A DNA stretch of 28,058 bases, taken from positions 1 through 28,058 of the forward strand of contig CAVPLU010000007.1 in NCBI GenBank assembly GCA_963706285.1, in the 5' to 3' direction. Source of the DNA: Candidatus Bathyarchaeota archaeon (GTDB lineage: Archaea > Thermoproteota > Bathyarchaeia > 40CM-2-53-6). The notes below the pieces were generated by a model. The model saw only the letters and a program-made list of their open reading frames with translations. It was not told the DNA's origin and made no database searches. Below, one piece after another: positions 27,259-28,058 of the stretch. Each line of letters begins with the position of its first letter. Position 1 is the first letter of the stretch. The translations under genes were made by a program, and so were the position numbers.

Positions 27259-27459
27259 ATGGTTTCCCTAAATCCGTTCAGACGCAAAATTGAACTCGCG
27301 AGTCAACCAATTCACAGTGATGTCAGTCGATGTACATGTAAACGATGCAATTGCCCTCATCCGGCAGGGCAACGTCATTCAACCAAGAAAGATGCCTTGG
27401 GTTACGAACAGGTGTTTTGCGCCGACTGTAACGATATCTGTCTAACTCACCCGATGTAG
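27259..27459 (+). CDS. Small (66 aa) Cys/His-rich putative zinc-binding protein
   Basis: GGTGA just upstream of ATG 27259; CxCxxCxCxH ... CxxCxxxCxxH motifs. A longer frame from 27145 also exists. Confidence 0.5.
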   Translation: MVSLNPFRRKIELASQPIHSDVSRCTCKRCNCPHPAGQRHSTKKDALGYEQVFCADCNDICLTHPM

Positions 27460-27523
27460 TCCCCGACAGAGAATCACGGGACTCCTCAAAAACGGATGCT
27501 GCGATTCGCTTGGGGGACACTCA

Positions 27524-27760
27524 TCAAGAAAGCAAGTCGCCTAGCGTTTCTTCTAGCAATCTATTTTCACTTTCTCTAGGCATCGATTTGCTGTTCTTCT
27601 GAGCCGATTCGAGCTAATCGCGCAACTGTCTCTCGAATCTGTCAACAATCGCAAGAATATCTGTGATGGGAACCCAATCAGAAGTTATGGGGTACAACCT
27701 GTCAACATAAGGGCTCTTAGCAAACTTCTCAATCTCTATTTTCAGGTCAGCAAGTCTCAT
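27524..27760 (-). CDS. Small hypothetical protein with an in-frame TAG at codon 49 (48 aa if terminated, 78 aa if read through)
   Basis: Hand translation: MRLADLKIEIEKFAKSPYVDRLYPITSDWVPITDILAIVDRFERQLRD*LESAQKNSKSMPRESENRLLEETLGDLLS, followed by TGA TGA. Not in the ORF track. Confidence 0.5.
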
Positions 27761-27847
27761 CCAAAACACGCCCATGCCAAGTTACAGCGAGATAACAATC
27801 TCTTCTATGTAAGCAACCTAATAGTTCATGGCCGATGTCGAGGTTCC

Positions 27848-28058
27848 CTATCCAAATCTCCTGTAGATCTTCTCGGCCTTTGCGGCCATGATGAAGTCGT
27901 TAACACTTAACCCCTTGATGTCGTGAGTCGTCAGCATCACTCTCACTCTCTTCCACCTCACGAGAATGTCCGGGTGGTGGTTCTCTTTCTCTGCTATTTT
28001 CCCAGTGAGTAGGCGAACTTGAGTCCCGCCAAGTAGTTTTTGAACTTGAATTCTCTTA
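27848..28058 (-). CDS. phhB: Pterin-4-alpha-carbinolamine dehydratase (PhhB/DCoH), 5' end outside the window, with a -1 frameshift
   Basis: Hand translation: REFKFKNYLAGLKFAYSLGK/IAEKENHHPDILVRWKRVRVMLTTHDIKGLSVNDFIMAAKAEKIYRRFG*. Shows the HHPD, TH and GLSxNDFIMAAK signatures. Shift at 27997-28003. Confidence 0.88.
   Translation of the reverse strand, partial: KRIQVQKLLGGTQVRLLTGKIAEKENHHPDILVRWKRVRVMLTTHDIKGLSVNDFIMAAKAEKIYRRFG

Noticed and set aside
1-28058. CRISPR arrays, tRNA/rRNA genes, transposases/integrases, defence systems
   Set aside because: None recognised by eye. The remaining track ORFs are alternative-frame or antisense shadows of the called genes.

Overview
28-kb gene-dense metabolic window, most likely archaeal. 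The evidence is GGTGA/GGAGG Shine-Dalgarno motifs, frequent TTG/GTG starts, TATA-like boxes about 33-40 nt upstream of several starts, and a COG1361 surface protein next to a MacB-type ABC system; a Bathyarchaeia-like origin is inference only. Left block (1-12.9 kb): GlcG/HbpS protein, SDR, SerB-like HAD phosphatase, atypical HisC/CobD-fold PLP enzyme, a complete ECF importer, two paralogous atypical FGGY kinases flanking a non-pyrrolysine MttB-family methyltransferase, and an aldo-keto reductase. Together these may form an undescribed uptake and catabolism pathway for an (N-methylated) amino-polyol or amino-sugar. Middle: 2-oxoacid/acetoin dehydrogenase E1a-E1b-E2 (no E3) convergent on two Zn-dependent dehydrogenases. 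Right: birA + acyl-CoA carboxyltransferase + pyruvate carboxyltransferase + biotin carrier, with no biotin carboxylase and no Na+-pump subunit. This is the subunit set of transcarboxylase (12S/5S/1.3S), here with a four-fold repeated carrier N-terminus and an epsilon-like tail. The window ends with an ABC exporter, a frameshifted COG1361 gene, a small Cys/His-rich protein, an amber-interrupted small ORF and a partial, frameshifted pterin-4a-carbinolamine dehydratase. Three single-base frameshifts suggest indel errors in the assembly. No rRNA, tRNA, CRISPR array or mobile element was recognised. All family assignments come from motif recognition by eye; no searches were run.
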